A DNA stretch of 64,000 bases from a virus (taxonomy: Duplodnaviria; Caudoviricetes), in IMG/VR virus record IMGVR_UViG_3300032240_002419, positions 1,803 to 65,802 of that record; one strand, written 5' to 3'. The notes below the pieces were generated by a model. The model saw nothing but the letters and a program-made list of their open reading frames with translations, was not told the origin of the DNA and did not search any database. Every line of letters starts with the position of its first letter. Positions within the stretch are counted from its first letter, which is position 1. The translations under genes and the position numbers were made by a program. Below are positions 9,288 through 17,761 of the stretch, piece after piece.

Positions 9288-9650
9288 CTACTTGAGGAAG
9301 GTCAGCTTGTAGATTGTGGAGTCGATGAGCTCGGCGATGTTGTCGGTCAGGTTCTGGAGCTCAGTCTCCTTGCCAACGCACTCGCGGTTATCAATCACAA
9401 ACTTTTGAATGTACTTCAGGAAAACAAGGCTGTCGTTCTTACCGGCAACTCGAACGGTCTGATCGGGGTACTCAAGGATCTTGCCGTGAACGCCCTGCCA
9501 AGCCTCAATCACCGAATCAACCAAGTCAGGAAGATCTGAATAGAACGTTTGAAGAGCTTTGTGCTCCGCATAGCTCTTGCTCTGGAGATGAAGGACATGT
9601 CCAAAGGTAGCAGCGTTCAGGAGGGTGATGAAGAATTTTCCGGGTTCCAT
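9288..9650 (-). CDS. ferritin/Dps-like four-helix protein (DUF5856-like)
   Basis: HVLHLQSKSYAEHKAL..FY..L..LVD..IEAWQG and C-terminal TIYKLTFLK; upstream TTGACA-N17-TAAACC on minus strand. Confidence 0.75.
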   Translation of the reverse strand: MEPGKFFITLLNAATFGHVLHLQSKSYAEHKALQTFYSDLPDLVDSVIEAWQGVHGKILEYPDQTVRVAGKNDSLVFLKYIQKFVIDNRECVGKETELQNLTDNIAELIDSTIYKLTFLK

Positions 9651-9695
9651 GGTGACAGGTTTAAGGAGTTCGGAAAACTTTGTCAACACAAATGC

Positions 9696-9725
9696 TTGCA
9701 CTTTTTAAAAACATTTGTGTAGGGT
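9696..9725 (+). promoter_or_regulatory. putative promoter for ncRNA candidate
   Basis: TTGCAC-N18-TAGGGT, back-to-back with minus-strand TTGACA at 9681-9686. Confidence 0.4.
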
Positions 9726-9729
9726 ATGT

Positions 9730-9900
9730 ACGGAGACTCCGGGCACGGTGTCTCCTGTCTGCTCCAGATGGTTTCTACCTACTGGATGCGGTGACTGACA
9801 CGTTCTCCGGTGAGGGAACCTTGGTCGCCGCTTATGGCGGGGGAGGCATTGAGGGCTGGAAAGATAAACCAGAGCGACCTGAACCTCCCCCGACCTTTTT
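9730..9900 (+). ncRNA. candidate ~170-nt four-hairpin ncRNA
   Basis: Stems 9732-37/9750-55, 9763-67/9782-86, 9788-96/9823-31, 9838-46/9884-92, followed by T5. Confidence 0.55.
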
Positions 9901-9977
9901 ATAGGGACGGATTTTACAAAACCTATACTTTTGAGGGCGATAGACGGCCGATTGATTCGATCTATTCGATGCCACGG

Positions 9978-10451
9978 TAGGGGGAGTGAGGGGGAGTGAA
10001 GCTTGTTATATTCATTGTTAAATTGTCACCCTGCATCCCTGTTTCAGAAATTAGTGGTTCTTGAATATAATATTTTTAATGTTATATTTTTTGTTATAAA
10101 AATTTCAGTTTGGATTGAAGAAAGGGTATTTAACGTATTTAATGGCCCTTATTTAGGTGAGTGAGATTTCAGGGGGAGTCAAAATCGGGCTTCACTCCCC
10201 CAAGTTAAGTGGCTCAGGACGACAGGGTTACAACGAAAAAGTGAGTAGGGGGAGTGAAGGGAGTGTTTTTTAAACGCACCCATTATATAGCATGGTGCAT
10301 ATACCATATACCCTATATATCTATCTTTATATTAATTTTAAAAATACACTCCCCTCACTCCCCCTATCAATATAAATATCTGTAAAATCAACAACTTAAC
10401 TTGGGGGAGTGAGATTTTTTTTCACTCCCCCTCACTCCCCCCACTCCCCCT
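9978..10451. repeat. nested inverted repeats of GGGGGAGTGA around AT-rich DNA; probable replication origin
   Basis: Perfect 21-bp IR 9980-10000/10421-10441, 19-bp IR 10192-10210/10394-10412, imperfect IR ~10246-10274/10338-10367; AT-rich spacers. Confidence 0.7.
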
Positions 10452-10705
10452 AACGGGTCTTTGGCTTGTGTTTTACTCTGTTAACCGAGTCCCTTGACGT
10501 TCTGTTACCCTGATCCCTGTCAAAAATTACGGTGGTTCCTTGTTACAGGGTCGCAGGGTCGCAGGGTTACCCTGAGATGCCCCGCCTTAACGCGCTATAG
10601 GGCCTGTGGCTTCGTTTTGTTGTTTTTGCGACCCGTTGTGGCCGAACAAGGTTTTTGGGCAAAATTTTTTGCAGCAGGGGGGAATATCGACTTACGCTCC
10701 CGCGA

Positions 10706-10733
10706 CCCCCGCCCACCCCCGCACCCCACCCCC
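10706..10733 (-). other. G-quadruplex-capable tract near putative genome terminus/pac
   Basis: Minus strand GGGGG-T-GGGG-TGC-GGGGG-T-GGG-C-GGGGG. Confidence 0.45.
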
Positions 10734-10892
10734 GGGTGCTCACGCGCATTATGCGCAAGCGCATCACGCCCACGTGACGCGAGCGTAACGCGACCCCAGA
10801 GCGAAGCTCTGACTTCGGCAAGGTTGGGCAAGGTTGGCCATAAAGGGTATCGACGGCATCGACCGATCGAAACTGATCTTTCACATTACACG

Positions 10893-11220
10893 GCGGTCGG
10901 ACAGAGCAAGTCTGACCACAGGAGCTACGTAACCAATAACAGGTAGCCTCCGAACCCTAGCCGGAGAATAGGGTGACAAGTGGGGGGTAGTCTGGCATGA
11001 ACCGGATGACTTCCACTAGTGGAAATCTCGTAATACAGGAAGGGCTTCCTGTAATCCGCTTTGCGGAGCCAAGAAAAAGATACGCTTTGCGTCATCTGGC
11101 TAAAACAGGAAGCCCCTTTCCTACGGAACCTTCCTTCTCTGCAACCTGTCCACAATCGACGCTTGCTCCTTCGGAGCATGTGGGAAACTGGTGGTGGGTA
11201 GGTAATCAGAGAAAGGAAAC
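10893..11220 (+). ncRNA. candidate ~330-nt highly structured early leader RNA
   Basis: Many consecutive helices; 11131-11141 pairs with 11207-11218 covering the AAAGGA RBS; boxA-like GATCTTTCACA at 10875. Confidence 0.6.
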
Positions 11221-11224
11221 ATAC

Positions 11225-11659
11225 ATGAACGCATCAACCAATGCAGTCGCAGTCGTCAACAGCCTCAACACCCGTGCTTTGCTCCGCAAAGATGGAGAAG
11301 TCCGTGGCACTCGCTACACCTTCGGTGGAACCGAGACTCCTTCGGAACTCCGCAAGCGACTCAAGGAATCCGGGCTGAAGGGGAACAAGCTGTCCACGGC
11401 TGTCCGTGAAGTGCAGATGGGCAAGCTCCACGCCTCCTTTGTGGAGACCCAAGCCTTCGTGGAATACATGCGGAAGGAAGGTTTCATCCCTGCTGGTGGT
11501 CAGATCACCGCAAGGGCTGGCAAGATTGACTTCGTCAAGATGACTGGCGGAGCCAAGACCGCCAAGACGGAATCCCAGATCCGCGAAGCTGCGGTCGCCG
11601 ATATTTTGGCGAAGCTCCGTGCTCTCGGACTCGACGAAGCAACCCTTGCTTCCCTGTAA
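11225..11659 (+). CDS. hypothetical basic early protein
   Basis: ATG 11225 after AAAGGA SD; codon usage like the other early genes. Confidence 0.75.
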   Translation: MNASTNAVAVVNSLNTRALLRKDGEVRGTRYTFGGTETPSELRKRLKESGLKGNKLSTAVREVQMGKLHASFVETQAFVEYMRKEGFIPAGGQITARAGKIDFVKMTGGAKTAKTESQIREAAVADILAKLRALGLDEATLASL

Positions 11660-11673
11660 GGGAATTGACACTC

Positions 11674-11699
11674 GGCCCCTCTCCTTTCGGAGGGGGGTC
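11674..11699 (+). terminator. GC-rich hairpin after first early gene
   Basis: GGCCCCTCTCC-TTTC-GGAGGGGGGTC; no U-tract, so terminator role uncertain. Confidence 0.35.
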
Positions 11700-11722
11700 G
11701 CAGTCAGTTCACCCATACCCAC

Positions 11723-11998
11723 ATGACAACACCTACACCCAAACCCGTTCGGTCGTGGTGGAACTCGCACATCAAGTGCGATTCCCACGGCAAGTATGAT
11801 CCCGTCTTTGACGGGGACTGGTCATTCAAACAGACCTGCAAGTTTCATCGGATCAAGGAGAAGCTACCCGATCCCAAGCTCCAACGTCTCAAGCTAGTGC
11901 TTCGCCTAGCTGAAGCGGACAAAGACCGACCTGCATGGCAGGCTTCCGAGAAGGAACGCCTTATTGCAAAGTATCGGGAGCTGGTTCGGAGTCGTTGA
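11723..11998 (+). CDS. hypothetical protein
   Basis: 91-aa ORF after CCCATACCCAC leader. Confidence 0.6.
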   Translation: MTTPTPKPVRSWWNSHIKCDSHGKYDPVFDGDWSFKQTCKFHRIKEKLPDPKLQRLKLVLRLAEADKDRPAWQASEKERLIAKYRELVRSR

Positions 11999-12569
11999 CG
12001 GGTTGGCTACCCGACTCCAACTCCTGAACATCCTCGGAGGGTGACGCATCGGTGACACATTCACCCTCGATGATGTCATCTTGGACGTTTGCTCGGAGAC
12101 GATCGTTGACCACCTGCAGTTGCACAATCGTATTGTGTTTCGCCTCGCCGTCATCGAGTCCGAGCACTCGCCGCATCATCTTGTCCGCTATGTCAAAGTC
12201 TTTCCAAGTCCGAGGCGGAGCGATAACGGTCTGCGACAGAATCTTAAAGAGTTTGTCCGCCGACTTATGTCGGTATTGTTTAGCTATCTCATCCAAGTCT
12301 GTCGATGTAGCGACGGAGTTTTGAGGGGCTTTTGCCTCATTAAGCTGATCAATTAGAGACTGGTTCTGTGCGACCCTGCTATTGTGCAACCCTGCAACCT
12401 TGTTCAACCGATTCTGAACACGCTTCGGAGTGTTCCAGTTTTCTCTGTTGCTCCGCATCCTAACAGCGGCTTCAGAGATGCCGAACAACTTGGCAACCTC
12501 CCTCTGGGAAGTTCCCTTTTCACAGCTTTCGCGGATCTTATCCCACGGAACGTCAAGAGCTTTCGGCAT
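11961..12569 (-). CDS. terminase small subunit-like HTH protein
   Basis: WDKIRESCEKGTSQREVAKLFGISEAAVRMRSNRENW N-terminal HTH, RRVLGLD, acidic tail; typical TerS architecture. Confidence 0.6.
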   Translation of the reverse strand: MPKALDVPWDKIRESCEKGTSQREVAKLFGISEAAVRMRSNRENWNTPKRVQNRLNKVAGLHNSRVAQNQSLIDQLNEAKAPQNSVATSTDLDEIAKQYRHKSADKLFKILSQTVIAPPRTWKDFDIADKMMRRVLGLDDGEAKHNTIVQLQVVNDRLRANVQDDIIEGECVTDASPSEDVQELESGSQPVNDSEPAPDTLQ

Positions 12570-12678
12570 AAAGTTATGTGGTGGGTATCACATAACTAAC
12601 TTCGACGCAATACTTTTATCACCCAAAGGGCTAACGCCTCGCCGCCAGTAAGTGCGAGGCAACTCAAACCCCATCACC

Positions 12679-12804
12679 ATGAGCAAGAGCAAACTGGAAA
12701 AGACCCTCCACGCAATCGACGTAGCCCTCAACATGACGCTAGTGGCGATCCTGCTCGGAGGCTTCGGCATGATCTTCTTCGTGCTTCTGAAGGTTCTTCC
12801 CTAA
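12679..12804 (+). CDS. small membrane protein
   Basis: MSKSKLEKTLHAIDVALNMTLVAILLGGFGMIFFVLLKVLP*. Confidence 0.55.
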   Translation: MSKSKLEKTLHAIDVALNMTLVAILLGGFGMIFFVLLKVLP

Positions 12805-12841
12805 CCACCCACCGACACCACACCAAACCAAACATACACAC

Positions 12842-13054
12842 ATGAGCACCATCGCCATCAACCCCGTCCATCTGTCTGACCGCCGCATGCGGCAGGAGTT
12901 CCTGACAGGCCCGTTCCTTGACCTCATCACCGACCGCACCAACCGCAAGTTGGAGCAGGAGTATGGTCACAGGCCCACACCCAAGGAGTCGCCCCTTCGG
13001 TTCTCCATCGGTGCGATGTTCGCCAAGGAGCTGAACCAACTCATCACCCGGTGA
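12842..13054 (+). CDS. hypothetical protein
   Basis: 70-aa ORF after A/C leader. Confidence 0.65.
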   Translation: MSTIAINPVHLSDRRMRQEFLTGPFLDLITDRTNRKLEQEYGHRPTPKESPLRFSIGAMFAKELNQLITR

Positions 13055-13299
13055 AGATAAAGTTTGTCCATCGACAACCCGACACCCAGTTCTACTGGTT
13101 CCTTGTGAATCGTAGGAAGGTGGGGCTGTCGTTGGAACACGGAAAGTTCCCACACTTCTACAAGGTATCCTTATCGAAGTCCTTATCGCCAAAGAATTTC
13201 TGGCTATTCACCGATCCCTATCAACCCGACGAACTTGCCCAAGACACACAAGACGAGATCGTCAACATGGCCAAGGCCATGTCAAGGCTCACCCAGTAG
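13051..13299 (+). CDS. hypothetical protein
   Basis: GTGA-coupled 82-aa ORF. Confidence 0.55.
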   Translation: MKIKFVHRQPDTQFYWFLVNRRKVGLSLEHGKFPHFYKVSLSKSLSPKNFWLFTDPYQPDELAQDTQDEIVNMAKAMSRLTQ

Positions 13300-13317
13300 C
13301 CCACAACCCAACACACC

Positions 13318-13485
13318 ATGCCAACATACATAGACAACACTGATGCCCCGTGCTTCTTCTACTGGAGCCCGGGTCAGCACGAACAGGAGACCCCGGTCTC
13401 TGAACGCAACGATCAACTTGCCCGAGCTGTTGCAGAGCAGTGCTCGGTCGAGGAGATCCAACAGAGGGACAACCGCCATGAGTAA
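13318..13485 (+). CDS. hypothetical protein
   Basis: MPTYIDNTDAPCFFYWSPG...; A/C leader. Confidence 0.5.
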   Translation: MPTYIDNTDAPCFFYWSPGQHEQETPVSERNDQLARAVAEQCSVEEIQQRDNRHE

Positions 13486-13657
13486 GAACAAACCCACACC
13501 GAAGGTTGAGGATCTGATCCGCAACCATAACCGCAAAGTCCGTGCGATCCGAGCCGTCATTGTGCTCGACATGATCCTGCTGACTATCATGCTCACCGCC
13601 GCCGCCGTGATCTGCTCGGATCTCCTGATCCGGTGCGTCAAGGAGATGGTGCGTTGA
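13478..13657 (+). CDS. small membrane protein
   Basis: MSKNKPTPK... followed by hydrophobic helix. Confidence 0.55.
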   Translation: MSKNKPTPKVEDLIRNHNRKVRAIRAVIVLDMILLTIMLTAAAVICSDLLIRCVKEMVR

Positions 13658-13703
13658 CAACTTCAACAAACCCTGCAACACTTCAAACACCTTAAATCAG
13701 TCA

Positions 13704-14390
13704 ATGGAAACCATCAAACCCACGCGGTTGAAATACTACCGCTATGTCGGAAACCTATCGAAGGCCTTCCTCTTCGGCGAGATCCCACCGCAAGGCGGAC
13801 GCTATCGAACGCCTTCGGTCACCCTTGCCGCAAAGGATGACGTCATTTGGATTGGCGATTTCACCTATCCAATGGTCGCCTACAACCGAAAGCTCAAGGC
13901 CATCGTCACCCAATGCCTCGTTGGTGTCGGCCCCAATTTGGCGTATCGCCGCCTCATGGGAGACATGCGACAGAGTGTTGTCGGGCTTGAGGAGGAACAC
14001 TTCATCCCCATAAGTAAGCGTGATTCCAACAAGCGATATGTAGCTTACCTACGTAATGAACGTCATCCTGCCCTGTCGGATCACGCTGTCGTTCAGGTCA
14101 AGAGGCTGACGCCAGAGATGGCATCCTGTGACCTTGCGACCCTGATCCCCAGAGTCCAAGAGTGCTTCGAGTCGAAGCTCCCTCTTCTGGTCAAGAAGTC
14201 ATTGAAAAGCTGGGAGAATTGCATGCTTCTGTCTGGAACCTTTTGTGTATACAGATCTGCAGAGGAAGGAGACGTCAGCAACCCACTCGAGAGGATGAAA
14301 ACAAGCTGGGCCAAGATCGGCATCCCCTACGATGAGGAGTGGGACAGACAACTCCTAGCCGCTGAAGCTCGACGCAAGCTCCTATCTTAA
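13704..14390 (+). CDS. hypothetical protein
   Basis: 228-aa ORF. Confidence 0.7.
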   Translation: METIKPTRLKYYRYVGNLSKAFLFGEIPPQGGRYRTPSVTLAAKDDVIWIGDFTYPMVAYNRKLKAIVTQCLVGVGPNLAYRRLMGDMRQSVVGLEEEHFIPISKRDSNKRYVAYLRNERHPALSDHAVVQVKRLTPEMASCDLATLIPRVQECFESKLPLLVKKSLKSWENCMLLSGTFCVYRSAEEGDVSNPLERMKTSWAKIGIPYDEEWDRQLLAAEARRKLLS

Positions 14391-14430
14391 ACACCTAACC
14401 GTCAACCATTAACCTACAACCCATACACAC

Positions 14431-14916
14431 ATGCAAGACGAAACAACACTCAAGAACCTAGCCAAGGCCAAGCTCCTTGGCTCCGCCAAAGTTGAAGTCC
14501 AAGCCCTCTTCGGTCTGGCCTACAAGCTCGGCGTCGTAAAGGCAGAGATCGAGTTCTCCGGTAGCGGAGACAGCGGGGACATCGACGAGGTCAACATCTA
14601 CCGCAAGAATGGCACCGCCTTTGAGGAGATAGCCCCGAAGAAACTCAACCCGGAGACAGACGAGTTTGAGGTTGACCCTACCTACACCGACGACCACAAA
14701 ACCCTTGAGGAGCTAGTGGAGAAGTTCTTCCACGAGAACAATCCCGACTATGTCCAATGGGATTGGTACAACGACGAGGGCGGAAGCGGACGCCTAACCC
14801 TTTGGTTTGACAACGGCCACGTCCATGTCACCGGAAGCTACAACGAGGTGGTCAGTCACGACGCTGGCGCCTACACCTTCAATGTTCTCGGACTAGAAGA
14901 GGAAGAGAAAGAATAA
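14431..14916 (+). CDS. acidic DUF6878-like protein
   Basis: EFSGSGDSGDIDEV and DWYNDEGGSG motifs. Confidence 0.75.
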   Translation: MQDETTLKNLAKAKLLGSAKVEVQALFGLAYKLGVVKAEIEFSGSGDSGDIDEVNIYRKNGTAFEEIAPKKLNPETDEFEVDPTYTDDHKTLEELVEKFFHENNPDYVQWDWYNDEGGSGRLTLWFDNGHVHVTGSYNEVVSHDAGAYTFNVLGLEEEEKE

Positions 14917-14938
14917 CCCCCAACCCCAATCCATAACC

Positions 14939-15427
14939 ATGCATCCATACCATCACGCAGTTTCCTCGGCCCGCAAGTTCGGCGGACAGCCCGAGGACTA
15001 CCAAGCCATCCATGACTGGTTCGACGAGAGCAAGATGTTCTACGCCGACTTCCGTCATCGTGCCCTACGTCACCATGCCGAGGGCATCTACATGGCCGAG
15101 CGTATCTTCGGCACCACGCTGACCAACTCCGACGGCAAGGCTATTCCTGTCCGCTACATCGGGGAGCAACACGTCAAGGAAGACCTTGGCCGTATCCCGT
15201 CATGGCAGGATTGGGCCAGCCGCATCGAGCCGGAACGCTGGATGCGACCCAAGCCCCACGATGTCGACGACGAAGTCTACGTCATGGCCACCGGACGTGC
15301 CCCCCTGTCGAAGGTCGAGCCCCCGATCGAGGAGGGCACCGCCAAAAAGAACAAGATCCCCCAGTATGTCTTTCCCTTCCACGACAGCGTGAAGGCGAAG
15401 AACACCCCAGCAACCACAACCAAATGA
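14939..15427 (+). CDS. His-rich DUF6915-like protein
   Basis: HPYHHAVSSARKFGG..EDY..IHDWFDESK, RHRALRHH, GEQHVKEDLG. Confidence 0.8.
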   Translation: MHPYHHAVSSARKFGGQPEDYQAIHDWFDESKMFYADFRHRALRHHAEGIYMAERIFGTTLTNSDGKAIPVRYIGEQHVKEDLGRIPSWQDWASRIEPERWMRPKPHDVDDEVYVMATGRAPLSKVEPPIEEGTAKKNKIPQYVFPFHDSVKAKNTPATTTK

Positions 15428-15585
15428 GCCCACAAGAATACCAAACCCTACTCCGTCCCTATCTGCAAAGGCAGCTACAAGCCCGACGTAAGCAACAGAT
15501 ACGCTTCGCTGGCTTCGTCGCCCCCTTTGCTTTCATCATCGCCGTGCTCATTGTGACGATCTGCGTCGCCATGTATCGGCCCTAA
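15424..15585 (+). CDS. small membrane protein
   Basis: ATGA overlap; C-terminal TM helix. Confidence 0.55.
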   Translation: MSPQEYQTLLRPYLQRQLQARRKQQIRFAGFVAPFAFIIAVLIVTICVAMYRP

Positions 15586-15610
15586 CCCAAACCCATCACA
15601 CCCACATACC

Positions 15611-16666
15611 ATGACAAACCTAGTAAATACCCAAGACATTGCCCGTAAGTTCAGCGACTCCTTCGTCCTCGTCCGACTTCAACTATCACGTTTCGGAACC
15701 AACAAGATCGACAAGGACAAAAGTGCCGAGTTCCGGAACGCTCACAACGTGACCAGTCCCAACGCCGCCAAGGTGACCAAGGAGCTGTTACCCAAGTCCC
15801 CTGCCATCAAAGCCTTGAAGTCCCACGACGATGCCACATGGAATCGGCTCAAGAGATTCGGTGCTCCCTATTCCAAGGGAGTCGTCATGCTCCCAGCCAC
15901 CAAGTTCCTTGAGGCGACCACACAGCTCCGCAAGGATCTCTCTGACCGTGATCCGCTTATCAAGGCGGTCGGTGAGGACTACGCCATGAGCATCCTCGCC
16001 GCTCAGAACACTCTGGGCACCACCTTCAACCCGAAGGACTACCCATCCTTGCCGGACTTCCTGTCCGAGTTCTCGCATGAGATGGATGTCCTCCCGGTTG
16101 CTGACCCGTCACAGCTTAACGTCGTCGCCCTTGGCGATGCCGCCGAAGCCATCCAGCATGCGGTCAACGAGACCTATCGCGAGAAGATTGAGTCTCTGTC
16201 GCCGTATGTCCGGTCGGTTCTCCTGACCTCTCTGAACGTGTTATCCGATACGTGCCAGAGGATCTTGAGCAAGGACAAGACCAAGGTCTTCGACTCCTCG
16301 TTCCAGAATGTCCACGCCGCCGCTGAGCAAGCCAAGCACTTGAACATCTCTGACGACGAGCAGATTAGGAACGCGGTCTTTCAGATCGAGCAAACCATTC
16401 CTACCCACAGCGAGGGCATCAAGGAAGACAAGCCAAGAGCGGCCATGCTTCTCTCCGATGTCAACGCCATCATCGAGTCACTCGACGGCACACCTCCCGT
16501 AGCGGAAGTGTCGCCCTGTGACCCTGCAACCCAGCAACCCGAACCCAGCTTCGAGGACTACCTCGACAAGAAGTGTGGATACACCCACACCGAAGACGAG
16601 GCTCAGCCCGAAGCACAACCCCCAACCGACACCGACTCCAAGCTGGCGTCACTCGGCTGGATCTAA
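15611..16666 (+). CDS. helical protein associated with MoxR/VWA pair (DUF3150-like)
   Basis: 351-aa ORF; LVRLQLSRFG..KIDK, FNPKDYPS; typical neighbour of phage MoxR-VWA modules. Confidence 0.6.
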   Translation: MTNLVNTQDIARKFSDSFVLVRLQLSRFGTNKIDKDKSAEFRNAHNVTSPNAAKVTKELLPKSPAIKALKSHDDATWNRLKRFGAPYSKGVVMLPATKFLEATTQLRKDLSDRDPLIKAVGEDYAMSILAAQNTLGTTFNPKDYPSLPDFLSEFSHEMDVLPVADPSQLNVVALGDAAEAIQHAVNETYREKIESLSPYVRSVLLTSLNVLSDTCQRILSKDKTKVFDSSFQNVHAAAEQAKHLNISDDEQIRNAVFQIEQTIPTHSEGIKEDKPRAAMLLSDVNAIIESLDGTPPVAEVSPCDPATQQPEPSFEDYLDKKCGYTHTEDEAQPEAQPPTDTDSKLASLGWI

Positions 16667-16709
16667 TCAACACCTCACCCTAACCTAACCCATACACACC
16701 CATACACCT

Positions 16710-17726
16710 ATGACCACCATCGAAGTCACTCCTACCCAACTCCGCTCCGTCCTCCGCGACTGCCACGCCGCCAAGCTCAACCCCTTCATTCAGGGCCAGC
16801 CCGGTGTCGGCAAGTCGGCTGTCGTCGCGGACTACGCCAAGTCCATCAACGCCGAGTTCGTCGACGCACGACTCGCCTACTACGCTCCGCAGGATGTGCA
16901 GGGCTTTCCGTATCTCAACACCAATGCGGACGGCTCCAAGTCCATGCGGTTCTCCAAGCCAGCTTTCTGGCCCACCACCGCCAACCCTGTCATCGCCCTT
17001 GAGGAGTTCAACTGTGCTTCCAAGTCGGTGCAGAATGTCGCCCTGCAACTCCTCAACGAGCGTCGTGTCGGCGAGCATGTGCTTCCCGACGACTCGTTCG
17101 TCGTGTTGCTCGGCAATCGTGCAGAGGATCGTGTCAACATCGAGAAGCTCAGCTCGGCTGTTGTCAATCGTATCGTCAACATCCGTGTCCGCCTCGACCT
17201 CGACAGCTGGGTTCGCTGGGCACAGAACAACGGCATCGACCCTCTGGTCACGTCGTTCCTCCGGTATCGCCCTGACCTCCTGTCCACCTTCAACGGTGCC
17301 AAGTGGGACGGCGTATCCAACTTCGCCTCGCCCCGCACTTGGGAGAAGGCCAGCAAGATCTACGAGACCTCCAGCGATCGCCAGATCCGCCACGCTCTCC
17401 TGACGGGTGCCCTCGGTGACGGTGCCGCCTCGGAGTTCCTCGGCTTCATCGGCGTCTATGAGAAGCTCCCCGATCTCGACGCTGTCCTCCTCAACGCTTC
17501 GGCGGCTGACATCCCGACCGATCCATCCGTGATCTACGCCACCTGTGCCGGTCTTGCCAAGAAGGTCAAGTCCAAGACCATGGGTGCGTTCCTCACCTAC
17601 ACCGAGCGTATGGGCAAGGAGTTCGCTGTCTTCGCTCTCAAGACCGCTGTGCTCCGCGACAAGACGCTGTGCAATACCCCGGCCTTCACCACTTGGGTCT
17701 CTGATAACCAAGAGATCTTCGCCTAA
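16710..17726 (+). CDS. MoxR-like AAA+ ATPase
   Basis: Walker A GQPGVGKS, Walker B IALEEFN, GNRAEDR, ASPRTWE. Confidence 0.9.
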   Translation: MTTIEVTPTQLRSVLRDCHAAKLNPFIQGQPGVGKSAVVADYAKSINAEFVDARLAYYAPQDVQGFPYLNTNADGSKSMRFSKPAFWPTTANPVIALEEFNCASKSVQNVALQLLNERRVGEHVLPDDSFVVLLGNRAEDRVNIEKLSSAVVNRIVNIRVRLDLDSWVRWAQNNGIDPLVTSFLRYRPDLLSTFNGAKWDGVSNFASPRTWEKASKIYETSSDRQIRHALLTGALGDGAASEFLGFIGVYEKLPDLDAVLLNASAADIPTDPSVIYATCAGLAKKVKSKTMGAFLTYTERMGKEFAVFALKTAVLRDKTLCNTPAFTTWVSDNQEIFA

Positions 17727-17761
17727 GACTCTAGGTGACTGAGACTAACATTCGCCCGACC

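Noticed and set aside
9978-10451. CRISPR array or mini-array
   Set aside because: Repeats are ~10 bp, in both orientations and irregularly spaced; no constant repeat-spacer period.
10997-11224. N-terminal extension of the 11225 protein
   Set aside because: A good SD precedes ATG 11225, and the upstream sequence is better explained by RNA structure.
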